64,000 nt of DNA from Thermodesulfobacteriota bacterium (GCA_963422265.1 OY729416.1:1152001-1216000); one strand, 5' to 3'; shown: positions 1-11,210, counted from the stretch's first letter. Translations and numbers: made by a program. Notes: generated by a model not told the origin, from the sequence alone.

Positions 1-163
1 CCGACTCACCCTTCATTTTGAGACCCACTAACAAAGACGAAACCTGACTTGACGTGCAATCACCTTCCATTATTTCTTCAATTACTCGGCACGTCTCGTC
101 TTCTTTAAGATCGATGAAGTCAACCACTTTGGTTATGGCTTCCTTTATTACATCTTTTGCCAT
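1..163 (-). CDS. trpD: Anthranilate phosphoribosyltransferase, N-terminal part (runs off the window edge)
   Basis: Manual translation from ATG at 163: MAKDVIKEAITKVVDFIDLKEDETCRVIEEIMEGDCTSSQVSSLLVGLKMKGES, a typical TrpD N-terminal helical domain (L.MKGE motif); lies directly downstream of nusB. Confidence 0.85.
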   Translation of the reverse strand, partial: MAKDVIKEAITKVVDFIDLKEDETCRVIEEIMEGDCTSSQVSSLLVGLKMKGES

Positions 164-168
164 ACTTA

Positions 169-603
169 TCACTCTCCTTCCAGAGAAATGCGCACCTTGT
201 CTAATATGCCGTTCACAAAGGCTCCTGAATACTCCGTTCCAAAGGTTTTCCCTAGTTCCACGGCTTCGTTAATGGTAACGGCGGAAGGAATACTGCTCAA
301 GTAAACTAGCTCATATATCGCAATTCTTAAAATGTTCCTATCTATATTAGACATTCTGGATAGGCGCCAATTCTCCGAATAGTTTACTATGATTTCATCA
401 ATATTCGCTAAGTTAGTACGACTTCCTCTAGCTAGTATATAGAAGAATTCCTTAACGTCATCGTCATGCCTAAACCTGTTCTCATTCCAAAAACAGTATA
501 AAAAATCGTCGCCTACCGAGCGATTCGCCGAAAATTCCTTTAACACGTCGCATTGATAAAGGAATTGAAGCGCAAGCTCCCTGGCATGTCTTCTTTTACC
601 CAT
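169..603 (-). CDS. nusB: Transcription antitermination factor NusB
   Basis: RRHARELALQFLYQ N-terminus, IDRNILRIAIYEL, INEAVELGKTFG..FVNGILD; follows ribH as usual. Confidence 0.97.
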   Translation of the reverse strand: MGKRRHARELALQFLYQCDVLKEFSANRSVGDDFLYCFWNENRFRHDDDVKEFFYILARGSRTNLANIDEIIVNYSENWRLSRMSNIDRNILRIAIYELVYLSSIPSAVTINEAVELGKTFGTEYSGAFVNGILDKVRISLEGE

Positions 604-1072
604 TTTGGGACATGATCTTCATTAGGTTAGCCATTTCAATTGCAGAGAGAGCCGCCTCGCAGCCGCGATTGCCCGCTTTGGAGCCCGCCCTTTCAATCGC
701 CTGTTCAAGTGTTTCAGTCGTCACAACGCCAGATGAAACAGGCACGCTGCCTTCTAGCCCTATGCTCGCTATAGTGCTTACGACCGTTGAGGATAAATAA
801 TCGAAGTGGGGCGTCTGCCCCCTGATTATGGCACCTAATGCAACTATAGCGTCATACCTTTTCGCTTCCACAGCCTTTTTGACGGCGTAGAGCAACTCAT
901 AAGAGCCAGGGACCCTAATAACGTCTATGTCCTTTTCAGACGCATTATGCCTGATTAAAACGTCAATAGCTCCACTAACCAGCTTGTCGGTGATAAAATC
1001 GTTAAACCTGCTTACGACTATCGCAACTTTGAGTTCCCTTGCATCCATATTACCCTCGTAAGTCTGAGGCAT
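596..1072 (-). CDS. ribH: 6,7-dimethyl-8-ribityllumazine synthase
   Basis: IVVSRFNDFIT, VPGSYEL, GAIIRGQTPHFDY, QAIERAGSKAGNRG motifs. Confidence 0.97.
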   Translation of the reverse strand: MPQTYEGNMDARELKVAIVVSRFNDFITDKLVSGAIDVLIRHNASEKDIDVIRVPGSYELLYAVKKAVEAKRYDAIVALGAIIRGQTPHFDYLSSTVVSTIASIGLEGSVPVSSGVVTTETLEQAIERAGSKAGNRGCEAALSAIEMANLMKIMSQNG

Positions 1073-1087
1073 AATAATCTCTCCTTT

Positions 1088-2296
1088 TTAGTCAACCATA
1101 GAAAGAAGGTGTCCTAACTTATCCTTTTTTATCTTAAGATAATTAGAATTGCTGCCGTTAGGTGGTATTTCAATCGGCACTCGCTCTACTATCTGCAGAC
1201 CAAAACCTTCAAGCCCTCTTATTTTTTTTGGGTTGTTAGTAAGAAGCCTCATATTCCTGACTCCGAGATCGAGAAGAACTTGGGCACCTATTCCATAATC
1301 TCTTAAGTCGGGCTTAAAACCAAGTGCTTCATTTGCCTCCACCGTGTCAAAACCGTCATCCTGAAGGGCATAAGCCCTTATCTTATTTACAAGTCCTATA
1401 CCTCTTCCCTCCTGCCTCATATAGAGAATAACCCCCTTGCCATCCTGCTCAATGATTCGCATGGCTTGGCGAATTTGTGGTCCACAGTCACATCTCAAAG
1501 AGCCGAAGACGTCGCTTGTAAGACACTCGGAGTGAACCCTCACCAAAATGTCATCTTCAGGAGTAATGTCACCCTTGACGAATGCGACGTGGTTATGAGG
1601 ATCAATATCGCTCTCATAGACTATGGCTTTAAATTCCCCGCATCCCGTCGGTATCACGGCAGCTGCGGCTCTTCTGACAAAACTCTCAGCCCTTAGGCGA
1701 TAGCTAATTAGATCAGCCGTTGATGCTATCTTTATGCCGTGGTTTTCAGCGAATTTTTCTAAATCAGGGAGCCTCGCCATATCGCCATCATCATTCATTA
1801 TTTCACAGATGACGGCGGCTGGCTTTAACCCAGCGAGCCTCGCTATGTCAACCGATCCCTCCGTGTGTCCCGCCCTCACGAGAACCCCTCCTCTCCTTGC
1901 TATAAGCGGGAAAACGTGCCCTGGCCTTACAAAGTCCTGAGGTCTAGCATCATCCGAGATAGCCAGCTTAATAGTAGCAGCCCGATCATAAGCCGATATT
2001 CCCGTAGTTATTCCATAAGACGCGTCTATAGGTACAGTAAAAGCCGTGTATTGCGGCACGGGATTATACTCTGGCTTTATGGGTTGGAGTCCTATCCGAT
2101 CCGCGTTTTTTTTGGTAAGCGCCATACATATAAGACCCCTTCCGTGCGTTGCCATAAAATTTATTATCGCAGGAGTTGCGGCTTCGGCAGCTATAACAAG
2201 ATCACCCTCGTTTTCCCTATCCTTATCATCTACGAGAATTACCATCCTGCCGTTTTTTATATCGGAAATTGCCTCTTCTATTGAGCAAATGGGCAT
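1088..2296 (-). CDS. ribBA: Bifunctional DHBP synthase / GTP cyclohydrolase II
   Basis: DDKDRENEGDL, RAGHTEG, VRVHSECLTSDVFGSLRCDCG, QEGRGIGL, LLTNNPKK. Confidence 0.97.
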   Translation of the reverse strand: MPICSIEEAISDIKNGRMVILVDDKDRENEGDLVIAAEAATPAIINFMATHGRGLICMALTKKNADRIGLQPIKPEYNPVPQYTAFTVPIDASYGITTGISAYDRAATIKLAISDDARPQDFVRPGHVFPLIARRGGVLVRAGHTEGSVDIARLAGLKPAAVICEIMNDDGDMARLPDLEKFAENHGIKIASTADLISYRLRAESFVRRAAAAVIPTGCGEFKAIVYESDIDPHNHVAFVKGDITPEDDILVRVHSECLTSDVFGSLRCDCGPQIRQAMRIIEQDGKGVILYMRQEGRGIGLVNKIRAYALQDDGFDTVEANEALGFKPDLRDYGIGAQVLLDLGVRNMRLLTNNPKKIRGLEGFGLQIVERVPIEIPPNGSNSNYLKIKKDKLGHLLSMVD

Positions 2297-2498
2297 TGCC
2301 TATGCTTACTCCTTAGGTGCGAAAGATCATATACGTTAGAAACGATTACAATATAGGCGAGCAATATGGTTTGTCAAATGCGTGCGTATGGAGCAAACCT
2401 TACTTGCTTAAGTATGTTCTCACATATTTTAAGCGGAAAGCATGCGGGGAAAAGCATGGTTACCTGTTTGTCATAGGATAAGGAAAGGAGTAAACACA

Positions 2499-3503
2499 TT
2501 ATACTGTTTTTAAGTCGAAATCACTCACTAAACTTCTAAAAGTCTCATTATAATAGACCGTCCCATCTGGATATACAAAAAAGGCCCCTATCGCAGGGTG
2601 TTTCTTCAAAAAGCTGAGCGCCTTATCTTTTCCCATAGTGAATAATGCGGTCGCGTATGCATCGCACGCGGTATTATCACCCTTAAGAACTACGGTAACG
2701 CTCAAAAACTCACTCATAGGTCTTCCGGTACTAGGCACGAGCAGGTGATGGTATTTCTTCCCGCCGGATTGTATGCTCCTCTCGTATCCACCACTTGTAG
2801 AAATAGCCAGATCGCCTTTTCCAGTCCTGAACACAGCGATGAGCCCATCTTTCTTCGGATGCTTAATTCCAATTTCAATATTGTCGCCAAATACCCTAAC
2901 GTCACCTGAGAGCGAGACGATACCTTTTTGTATTCCCCTTGTCCTTAGAGTATCCACAGCTTTGTCAATGGCGTATCCTTTACCAATACCACCCAAGTCA
3001 AGCATCATTCCTCTATTTTTTAAGTGAACTTTACCTCCCTCAATTACGACGTTTTTATAGTTAACCAGCGACTTCTGCCTTTTTACGACAGCCTCTTTCG
3101 GCATCTTGCCATTATTCCTTCCGAATCCATAAGCACCTATCGTGAGCGCACCTATGGTAGGATCAAAAGCACCTTCGGTCTCTCTAGCGATATCCATAGC
3201 TCTGCTCAACACCTCTATCAACTCCTTACTTGCTTTTACGGATGACGCTCCCGCCATCCTGTTAATTTCCGATATTTCGCTCTCAGGGTTATAATCTGAC
3301 AGAATAGAGTCGAGCAGCTTGATTACTGAGAACGCCGAGTCCACATCCTCGTTATCTCCACCGTAGATAAGGATGCGCGCCTGCGTCCCCATGTGAATCT
3401 GGGAGCGCTCTATCGGTGGTTGCTGAAAACAAACTGACGGGTTAGCTATATTCAGAAAGAAAAGGAGAAAAAAATTCAAGGCGTAAAAGGTTTTCATATT
3501 CAA
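2499..3503 (-). CDS. apbE: FAD:protein FMN transferase (ApbE family), exported
   Basis: Hydrophobic signal-like N-terminus; MGT, GAFDPTIG, DLGGIGKGYAID, ISTSGGYER, ACDAYATALF motifs. Confidence 0.92.
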   Translation of the reverse strand: MNMKTFYALNFFLLFFLNIANPSVCFQQPPIERSQIHMGTQARILIYGGDNEDVDSAFSVIKLLDSILSDYNPESEISEINRMAGASSVKASKELIEVLSRAMDIARETEGAFDPTIGALTIGAYGFGRNNGKMPKEAVVKRQKSLVNYKNVVIEGGKVHLKNRGMMLDLGGIGKGYAIDKAVDTLRTRGIQKGIVSLSGDVRVFGDNIEIGIKHPKKDGLIAVFRTGKGDLAISTSGGYERSIQSGGKKYHHLLVPSTGRPMSEFLSVTVVLKGDNTACDAYATALFTMGKDKALSFLKKHPAIGAFFVYPDGTVYYNETFRSLVSDFDLKTV

Positions 3504-3664
3504 TAGTCTTATTGCGCTATAATTTCTAAGATAGGAATGTGAAACAACTCTCTTTATTTACAGCATCCTGACGTGTATTCTAACCAGTTAGAGTTAGCTA
3601 TGTAATGAATTTGTATAGTTGGCGTAATCTCTAGTCATTGTAGGTAGTTAGCTCCACAGAAACA

Positions 3665-4810
3665 TTGATGATTATCGAGTGCCAGAATTGTAAGAGGAAA
3701 TTTAAAGTTGATGAGTCCCGAATTACCACGCCTAGAGTCAGGGCAAGATGTTCTAAGTGCAGCCACGTATTTTTCATTGAAAGATCAGAAAGTTCAATAA
3801 GTTCTGAAAACGCTCGCGCATCTAACGAACAACATGAGAGCGCACAACCTGAAAGCCTAGAGGAGATAACGGAATCTCAGAGAGGCACATCTAAAGTCAC
3901 CGAGCACCCTCGCGCCGGTATTTATACTCAGGAAAACAAGGAACTAAGGGAAAATAAAGAAAAGGATTTTAAGTGGGTAATCCCAGATGCGGATGAAGCT
4001 CTGGCGGAGCGGACTTTAAAACTCCCCAAAATGTTTGAAGACGAAAGCAATGAGAACGTTGATCATGGGGAAGAGTCAGCGGAAAATGATAATGAGGGGA
4101 CAAGGGCAAGCGAGGGAATGTATAGCCCTTCTGAGATCAGAGGCTTTTCTCCGCCAAGCCCCAAAGAAGAATTGCCGATTGACTATCACAATCCAGCTAT
4201 GGCGGCTTTAGGATATTCGGCAGGCATATTTTTTAAGATCGCATTTGCCCTATCCACCCTGTTGGTTCTAGTCGTTATAATAGCTTCAACGCTGTCTATT
4301 CTAGACAATCTTGGATTTCTCTCTAAGGGCTGGTCTGACACAATTAAGAATAGCACCAAGTTGATAATACCTATAGAATTTTTTGAGGAACCAAAGAATG
4401 ATATTGCAATAGCTGAGTACAGAGGGAGATGGCTGCAAACGGTTAATGGACCTCTATTCGTAGTTTCGGGGAAGATTATTAATAGGCGCGAATACCCCGT
4501 GCACTATGTCAAACTCAAGACTGAATTCACGTCTGTAGGGAATAAGTTGTTTGAAAATGTGACGTATGCGGGCAACACTTTTACGGAAGACGAGCTTACA
4601 GCAATGACGACCAAAGAGATATTATTGAGGCTTAAAAGGAAGAACGGTGATATAAGTTACGTCAGTCCTAAGAAGCTCGCAGGCCTTAACTATAATATAG
4701 AGTCGGGTGAATCCATACCGTTCTTTGCGGTTTTTCCCTCGGAGATCAGATTGTTGGGTTTGAGATACAAACCCAGAGTTATTGACTATGAGAATTCACT
4801 GGCTAGATAA
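3665..4810 (+). CDS. MJ0042-type zinc-ribbon membrane protein with DUF3426-like periplasmic domain
   Basis: N-terminal CQNC..RARCSKC zinc ribbon, acidic low-complexity linker, one TM segment, C-terminal beta domain (LFVVSGKIINR..IPFFAVF). Confidence 0.75.
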   Translation: MMIIECQNCKRKFKVDESRITTPRVRARCSKCSHVFFIERSESSISSENARASNEQHESAQPESLEEITESQRGTSKVTEHPRAGIYTQENKELRENKEKDFKWVIPDADEALAERTLKLPKMFEDESNENVDHGEESAENDNEGTRASEGMYSPSEIRGFSPPSPKEELPIDYHNPAMAALGYSAGIFFKIAFALSTLLVLVVIIASTLSILDNLGFLSKGWSDTIKNSTKLIIPIEFFEEPKNDIAIAEYRGRWLQTVNGPLFVVSGKIINRREYPVHYVKLKTEFTSVGNKLFENVTYAGNTFTEDELTAMTTKEILLRLKRKNGDISYVSPKKLAGLNYNIESGESIPFFAVFPSEIRLLGLRYKPRVIDYENSLAR

Positions 4811-5045
4811 AGGTAGGGGCTGGCGCTTATTGGTTTTATGCAAGGGTATATTGGTATGGGGAAAGGGTATATATCTTGATACGTCCTATTAGATCAAGTA
4901 AACTCATATCATACATGTCTTAGCTTTATGGTGTTGGCTTACTTTGATTTCCACAAAATTTATAATATCTTATGCGTAAAATCTGAACAATTTTAACTAT
5001 TGTATAAAAATAAATAGCTGTTCTGCACTATGCGGAGGGGAAAAG

Positions 5046-5495
5046 ATGAGCTTATCTACACGTCTAAAAGTAAGCGTTAGCCAGGATGGAATGCTACCGC
5101 AGGAAACGGTTGAGGTCGCTACTTTAGAATTTCCTATGCTGACACAGAAATTACTCAAAGCGCTCAGTTTCGAACGTATAGATCCTAAAATATACGTTGG
5201 GATACTCCCGGTGTCTATTAGTCTTGGAGGTAAGGAACAGGAAATTGAAATAGAGATGACAGTGAGTCTCCCTGAAATGAGAAAGAAAATAATTGAGGTC
5301 TTTAAGACGCCGGTTAAGGTCATAGCCGCTGCTGAAGGCAAACAAACTAGCAGAGCATCCAGGGCGTCTAAAAAAGCAGCTCCGGACGAGGCTAAGGATC
5401 AAACAAAAAGCCCCCCTTCTACTAAGAAGGCAGTTTCTAAAAGAAAAGCAACCACCCGAACCAAAAAAGCCCCTACGGAACCCGAGAACCAGTAG
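5046..5495 (+). CDS. Hypothetical protein with Lys/Ala/Thr-rich basic C-terminal tail
   Basis: 149-aa ORF, SD GGAGG upstream of the ATG, co-oriented 22 bp before guaB. Confidence 0.7.
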   Translation: MSLSTRLKVSVSQDGMLPQETVEVATLEFPMLTQKLLKALSFERIDPKIYVGILPVSISLGGKEQEIEIEMTVSLPEMRKKIIEVFKTPVKVIAAAEGKQTSRASRASKKAAPDEAKDQTKSPPSTKKAVSKRKATTRTKKAPTEPENQ

Positions 5496-5517
5496 GGATA
5501 CGTCCAAGGAATATGTA

Positions 5518-6993
5518 ATGAGTATAGAACATTTTACGGAATTTTTAACGTTTGACGACGTTCTTCTAATACCTGCTTACTCTGAGATTTTACCCAACGA
5601 AGTGGACGTCTCCACTCAATTAACGACTAATATAAAGCTCAACATACCCTTGCTTAGTGCAGCTATGGACACGGTGACGGAGTCGAAAACAGCAATAGCC
5701 ATGGCTCAGTCGGGTGGAATTGGCATTATACATAGAAACCTCGATACGAAATCACAAGCGGCAGAGGTAAGCAGGGTAAAGAAATACGAGAGTGGAATGA
5801 TAGTAGACCCGCTAACGGTCTATCCTGACCACCTGGTAAGAGAAGCACTCGATATAATGCTGAACCAAAATATCACGGGACTCCCAGTTACAAAAAGAGA
5901 CGATACGTTGCTCGGGATAGTAACGTATCGAGACCTACGGTTTGAAAGAAACCTTGATTTTAGGGTCAGACAGGTAATGACCCCGAGGAGGAAGCTTGTT
6001 AGCGTGCGGGAGGGCACAACCCTTGAGGACGCAAAGAAACTTCTCCATAAATATAAGATAGAAAAACTTCCCGTTGTTGACGACGAGTTTAAGCTTCGTG
6101 GACTGATAACCATGAAAGATATAGAGAAGATAGAGAAGTATCCTATCGCTTCTAAGGATAAAAGGGGAAGGCTCAGATGTGGCGCAGCCGTCGGAGTAGG
6201 TCCCGACAGGGAAGAGAGAGTAGAATCTCTACTTAACGTAGGGTGTGACGTTATAGTAATAGATACTGCCCACGGACATTCAAAAAGGGTAATTGACGCT
6301 ATAAGGTCGACTAAATCCAACTTTCCCGGCGTAGAGCTAATAGCGGGTAACGTTGGGACGAGAGATGGGGCGGAGGCAGTAGTAAAAGCTGGCGCGGACG
6401 CCGTCAAAATAGGGGTAGGACCAGGATCCATTTGCACAACCAGGGTTATCGCTGGGATAGGGGTTCCTCAGATTTCCGCCATATTAGAAGTAGCAAGAGC
6501 AACAGCCAACCGCAACGTGCCTATAATAGCAGATGGTGGAATAAAGTATTCTGGGGATATAACCAAAGCGCTCGCAGCGGGAGCGCATTCAGTAATGATA
6601 GGAAATCTTTTTGCAGGCACGGATGAGGCGCCAGGAGAGATAATTCTTTTTCAGGGAAGAACGTATAAGGTCTATAGGGGAATGGGTTCTATTGAGGCGA
6701 TGAAAAAGGGAAGCAGGGATCGCTACGCTCAGAATCTAGGGGATGACATGATAGACTCCAAATTAGTACCCGAAGGAATAGAGGGAAGGATCCCCTACCG
6801 TGGTAGGATAGGCGATATGATCTATCAACTGGTCGGGGGGCTTAGGGCTGGTATGGGCTATACAGGTTGTATAACCACTTCTGAACTAAGAAACAAAGCT
6901 AAATTTATCAAAGTGACTAACGCCGGGCTTCGTGAGGGACACGTGCACGACGTAATAATTACTAAAGAGTCTCCTAATTACAGAATTGAGTAG
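5518..6993 (+). CDS. guaB: IMP dehydrogenase
   Basis: [20 protein letters not shown] pair, catalytic [21 protein letters not shown]. Confidence 0.99.
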   Translation: MSIEHFTEFLTFDDVLLIPAYSEILPNEVDVSTQLTTNIKLNIPLLSAAMDTVTESKTAIAMAQSGGIGIIHRNLDTKSQAAEVSRVKKYESGMIVDPLTVYPDHLVREALDIMLNQNITGLPVTKRDDTLLGIVTYRDLRFERNLDFRVRQVMTPRRKLVSVREGTTLEDAKKLLHKYKIEKLPVVDDEFKLRGLITMKDIEKIEKYPIASKDKRGRLRCGAAVGVGPDREERVESLLNVGCDVIVIDTAHGHSKRVIDAIRSTKSNFPGVELIAGNVGTRDGAEAVVKAGADAVKIGVGPGSICTTRVIAGIGVPQISAILEVARATANRNVPIIADGGIKYSGDITKALAAGAHSVMIGNLFAGTDEAPGEIILFQGRTYKVYRGMGSIEAMKKGSRDRYAQNLGDDMIDSKLVPEGIEGRIPYRGRIGDMIYQLVGGLRAGMGYTGCITTSELRNKAKFIKVTNAGLREGHVHDVIITKESPNYRIE

Positions 6994-7060
6994 TTCACTA
7001 AGCAAGAAGCACTACTTTAGCACCTTCCACCCCTAGTTAAACCGGTGGCCTATTAACTTC

Positions 7061-8590
7061 ATGCGCGAAACCATCTTGGTTCTTGATTTTGGTTCCCAGT
7101 ACACGCAGCTTATAGCGAGAAGAACAAGGGAATTACGCGTGCATTCCGAGATAAAGCCCTTTAGCACGCCCTTAGATCGCATAAAACAAGCCAAACCTAA
7201 AGCCATTATCCTCTCAGGCGGACCCGCAAGCGTTTGGGATGAAGGCTCGCCTAAGCTAGCACCTGAGGCGTTTGGACTCGGAATTCCGATACTAGGCATC
7301 TGCTATGGTATGCAGATTACGGTTCACCAGCTTGGAGGCAAGATAGAGCGTTCCCAAAGACGGGAATTTGGCCCGGCGAATCTCAGGGTAATAGATAAAT
7401 CTGATTTGCTAAGTGGCATCCCCGATGATGAAGTATGGATGTCTCATTCTGACCGCGTGCTTGAACTCCCACCAGGATTTGAATTGATTGCCGAGAGCGA
7501 AAACTCACCCAACGCTGCCGTAAGATGCCTAAATCTCGGAATCTACTGCACACAGTTTCACCCCGAGGTTATTCATACGAAATACGGAAAGGAAATACTG
7601 TCAAACTTCATTTTTAAGATCGCAAAGTGCAAAGGCTCCTGGACACCTAAATCCTTTGTCGAGACGAAAATAAAAGACATTAAGGAGAAAGTAGGAGAAT
7701 CACGCGTTATATGTGGACTTTCGGGTGGCGTCGATTCGGCGGTGGCGGCGGTAATAATTAGTCGCGCCATATTAGATAGACTTCACTGTATTTTTGTTGA
7801 CACGGGTCTCCTCAGACTAAACGAGGCAAAGGAAGTCGTAGAATCCTTTAGGAACATGGGTCTTAATTTAATTCACATAGACGCAAGGGACAGATTTCTA
7901 AGAAACCTCGAGGGTGTTTCGGATCCGGAGAGAAAGAGAAAAATAATAGGGCGCGAGTTCATCGGCGTCTTTGAAGAAAAGTCTTCTAAGATCAATGGTG
8001 CTGAATTTCTCGCCCAAGGGACCTTATATCCCGACGTCATAGAAAGCGTAAGCGTAAAGGGCCCCTCGGCTACCATAAAATCACACCATAACGTCGGTGG
8101 GCTTCCGGAGAAAATGAATTTGAAGCTAATAGAACCGCTGAGAGAGCTTTTTAAGGATGAGGTGAGGGAAGTAGGTTCCGAGCTTGGCGTGCCGATTGAA
8201 ATACTCAATCGACATCCCTTTCCTGGACCCGGACTCGCTATAAGGATCATAGGCGAAATAGATGAAAAGACCGTTAGCACGCTCCAACACGCTGATCACA
8301 TTTTCATAGAGGAGATAAGGCAGGCAGGTTTATACGATGATATATGGCAGGCATTTTGCGTGTTTCTACCCTGCAGAACTGTAGGCGTGATGGGAGATGA
8401 AAGAACTTATGAAAACGTTATAGCACTCAGGGCAGTAACCAGCCTCGACGGCATGACGGCAAGTTGGGCACGTATTCCTTACGAATTGCTTGAGATAACG
8501 TCCGTCCGGATAATCAATGAAGTGGCGGGCGTTAACCGCGTTGTCTATGACGTTTCTACAAAACCCCCCAGCACAATCGAGTGGGAATGA
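7061..8590 (+). CDS. guaA: GMP synthase (glutamine-hydrolysing)
   Basis: [49 protein letters not shown]. Confidence 0.99.
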   Translation: MRETILVLDFGSQYTQLIARRTRELRVHSEIKPFSTPLDRIKQAKPKAIILSGGPASVWDEGSPKLAPEAFGLGIPILGICYGMQITVHQLGGKIERSQRREFGPANLRVIDKSDLLSGIPDDEVWMSHSDRVLELPPGFELIAESENSPNAAVRCLNLGIYCTQFHPEVIHTKYGKEILSNFIFKIAKCKGSWTPKSFVETKIKDIKEKVGESRVICGLSGGVDSAVAAVIISRAILDRLHCIFVDTGLLRLNEAKEVVESFRNMGLNLIHIDARDRFLRNLEGVSDPERKRKIIGREFIGVFEEKSSKINGAEFLAQGTLYPDVIESVSVKGPSATIKSHHNVGGLPEKMNLKLIEPLRELFKDEVREVGSELGVPIEILNRHPFPGPGLAIRIIGEIDEKTVSTLQHADHIFIEEIRQAGLYDDIWQAFCVFLPCRTVGVMGDERTYENVIALRAVTSLDGMTASWARIPYELLEITSVRIINEVAGVNRVVYDVSTKPPSTIEWE

Positions 8591-8612
8591 TCTAATACAA
8601 AATTGAATATAG

Positions 8613-8834
8613 CTATTTGTTGGGAATGTTGAGAGGCTTCTTAAATATGCCGAATTCCCCAGTAATGGAAACAAGCTCCCATGAATCCTCTCCAAGCTCC
8701 TTTAAGGTAGCTTCAACCCCGTTTCCGTGTTTCGCTCTCCTGGAGGCAGCAGCTTCTTTTGATATGGCTATGTCGTGATCGCCCGTTTCATTAAAGAGTT
8801 TGTCGATTGAAACAACCTTGTAATCCCATTTCAT
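8613..8834 (-). CDS. DUF4177-like small protein
   Basis: MKWDYKVV...LKELGEDSWELVSI....IFKKP pattern. Confidence 0.75.
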   Translation of the reverse strand: MKWDYKVVSIDKLFNETGDHDIAISKEAAASRRAKHGNGVEATLKELGEDSWELVSITGEFGIFKKPLNIPNK

Positions 8835-9034
8835 TTGGCTTCTTCCTCTTGAGACTCTTCAGCTTGCAATTGATCCTTGTTATTTTCATCCTCTAATATA
8901 AGAACTTCTCCCTTCTCTTCAGCATCTGGAAGCTCTTTTATATATTTGTCGTAATCCTTTTTTGTAATTAGAGCTTCCTTGACGTTCCGATGAGCTATCC
9001 TGACGTCGTATAAGAATTCATCGCTCTTTTTCAT
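8831..9034 (-). CDS. Small hypothetical protein (67 aa)
   Basis: Start reassigned to ATG 9034 (MKKSDEFLYDVRIAHRNVKEALITKKDYDKYIKELPD) behind SD GGAGGGAG; ATGA overlap with the next gene. Confidence 0.7.
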   Translation of the reverse strand: MKKSDEFLYDVRIAHRNVKEALITKKDYDKYIKELPDAEEKGEVLILEDENNKDQLQAEESQEEEAK

Positions 9035-9096
9035 AATATATACTCCCTCCACACAGCGGTTAATAATACCTAAAGATTGTTCCTTGACAATTAGCG

Positions 9097-10008
9097 TTAC
9101 TTGAACCATTCCCACGTGATCCTAATTCCCTCTTGCAAGCTAACTGCAGGTGACCATCCAAGCTTTTCTTTTGCAAGCTCGGCATCGAGGCTTATTTTCT
9201 CTACCTCTCCCGGACGAGCATCGGCATGTCTTATAGAGAAATCCTTTCCTACCGATTGCCTAAGCTCGGAGATCAAGCCGTTAACTGACGTTTCAACGCC
9301 GGTGCCTAGATTATAGCTTCCAGACGGCGCGCTAAGGCTTTTTAGATTAGCATCCGCTACGTCTCCCACGTAAACGTAGTCCCTTGTTTGATTGCCGTCT
9401 CCAAAGACGAGGCAAGTCTCACCCGACAGTATCTTATCGCAGAATATAGCAACTACACCTGCTTCCCCGTGCGGGTTCTGTCGTGGTCCATAAACGTTCG
9501 CATATCTTAGGGCTACGTAATTGAGGGAATACAAGCAATTGTAATACTTTATGTACACCTCCGCAGCATATTTTGACGCCCCGTAAGGGGATATAGGAAC
9601 GGGGGGAGTCCCTTCATCAGCTGGAATGATCTGGGGATCACCATAGATAGCACCACCCGTCGATGCGAAAACGAACCTATTAACATTGTGTCTGACGGAC
9701 AATTCAAGCAGATTAAGCGTGCCTAATATGTTAATCTCAGCATCCAACGCCGGGCTCTCGACTGACTTTCTAACATCAACCTGTGCCGCATGGTGATTGA
9801 CTACGTCTGGTTTGAAATCAGATAACGTGCTATTGAGAAAGTCGCTTTCTCTGACGTCCCCTTTTATGAAATCCGCCTTCTTGGGTATATTGTTAGCGTT
9901 TCCCGTTGAAAGGTTATCAATTATTAAAACCTCGTGACCTTGGTCTATAAAAGCACCTGCGACCCATGATCCTATGAATCCTGCTCCGCCAGTTACGATA
10001 ATTCTCAT
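9097..10008 (-). CDS. NAD-dependent epimerase/dehydratase (UDP-glucose 4-epimerase-like)
   Basis: TGGAGFIGS, STGGAIYG, YGASK, RYANVYGPRQNPHGEAGVV, GDGNQTRDYVYV. Confidence 0.92.
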   Translation of the reverse strand: MRIIVTGGAGFIGSWVAGAFIDQGHEVLIIDNLSTGNANNIPKKADFIKGDVRESDFLNSTLSDFKPDVVNHHAAQVDVRKSVESPALDAEINILGTLNLLELSVRHNVNRFVFASTGGAIYGDPQIIPADEGTPPVPISPYGASKYAAEVYIKYYNCLYSLNYVALRYANVYGPRQNPHGEAGVVAIFCDKILSGETCLVFGDGNQTRDYVYVGDVADANLKSLSAPSGSYNLGTGVETSVNGLISELRQSVGKDFSIRHADARPGEVEKISLDAELAKEKLGWSPAVSLQEGIRITWEWFK

Positions 10009-10022
10009 CTACACCCATCCTT

Positions 10023-10042
10023 TATATGCTGATATATGCTGA
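10023..10042. repeat. 10-bp perfect tandem duplication (TATATGCTGA x2)
   Basis: Read directly from the sequence, just upstream of the epimerase gene. Confidence 0.85.
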
Positions 10043-10124
10043 AATTTATAGCTTTACAAGTTTTAACCCTTGAGCTCATCCTATGCTTGAGCAATAATAA
10101 CAGAGCAAGCGGTCAATTCAAATA

Positions 10125-11210
10125 TTAAGATAAATCCTTTAGCTTTGGCATCACTTCCTCTACAAGAAGCCTCATTGAACGAGCCCACTTGTCCTTTGGT
10201 CGCCATTCATGCCCCATCACAAGGAGCGTTCCAAAACCACCTACATATTTGTGAAGCTCACTTATTTGCCTAGCGACGTCGTCCGGACTTCCCACAAGCC
10301 AAAGGTTCTCAATCATATAATCTATCGTGACGTCGGCGTCGCTCATGGATTTATCAGTCTTAAAAACGTCTAAATTCCCCCTGATCTTGGGAACCATCTT
10401 AAAGAAGTAATCGGTAAAGTCTCTAGCCAGAGTCCCTTCCTTGACACCTTCTTTCGCCTCTTCCGTAGTATCAGCTACATATACGTCTCTTGCAATCCTC
10501 CATTTTGTTCTATCAGGGATTATACCTGAATTGAGCGCCCCCTCTTGCACCGATGCCCAATGAGATTTCAAAACGCCCTTGGTAGCAAAATTGATGCTCA
10601 TAGGTATCCAGCCGTTTGCGCCTGCGATTTTAAGAGTTCCAGAGTTTGCGGTAATTCCGGCTACCGCTATAGGTGGGTGTGGTTTCTGATAGGGCTTAGT
10701 ATGCACCCCAAGTCCTACGTCCACTTGTGGTTCTGGAACGGAGAAATGCCACCTTTTATTTTGATATTCGCCGGGTTTAGGGTTATTCCATAGATTGAGA
10801 ATGAATTCTAATGATTCGTTGGTAAGCTCTCTTTGCTCGCCAGTTTGGGGATCTACGTGAAAAGCCTCAAAATCACCTATAAAGCTACCAGCTCCTATAC
10901 CCCAATAGAATCTCCCCTTCGCTAGATGATCTAGCACGGCGATCCTATGGGCAAGCACAAAAGGATCGTGCTCTGGAAGGCACGAGACGCCTGTGCCCAG
11001 AATGATATTTTTAGTAAGTGGAATCGCTTTGGCTATAAAGAGATCAGGTGCAGCTATGTTTTCCCATCCAGCCGTAAAGTGCTCGCCAATCCACGCTTCC
11101 TTAAACCCAATCTCATCAAGAAATATTATTTGTTCAAGGTCCTCATCCATGCTCTGCGTAAGGTCAGAACCCGCAGGATGAAGAGGCATCGTAAAATAGC
11201 CTATTTCCAA
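10125..11210 (-). CDS. LLM-class (luciferase-like) flavin-dependent monooxygenase
   Basis: FTMPLHP, EAWIGEHF, LGTGVSCLP, LDHLAKGRF, KPYQKPHPPIAV, WLVGSPDDV. Confidence 0.9.
   Translation of the reverse strand: MEIGYFTMPLHPAGSDLTQSMDEDLEQIIFLDEIGFKEAWIGEHFTAGWENIAAPDLFIAKAIPLTKNIILGTGVSCLPEHDPFVLAHRIAVLDHLAKGRFYWGIGAGSFIGDFEAFHVDPQTGEQRELTNESLEFILNLWNNPKPGEYQNKRWHFSVPEPQVDVGLGVHTKPYQKPHPPIAVAGITANSGTLKIAGANGWIPMSINFATKGVLKSHWASVQEGALNSGIIPDRTKWRIARDVYVADTTEEAKEGVKEGTLARDFTDYFFKMVPKIRGNLDVFKTDKSMSDADVTIDYMIENLWLVGSPDDVARQISELHKYVGGFGTLLVMGHEWRPKDKWARSMRLLVEEVMPKLKDLS

Noticed and set aside
2297-2498. FMN riboswitch upstream of ribBA
   Set aside because: No RFN consensus (AGGGCGGGG..AATTCCCGACCG) on the minus strand.
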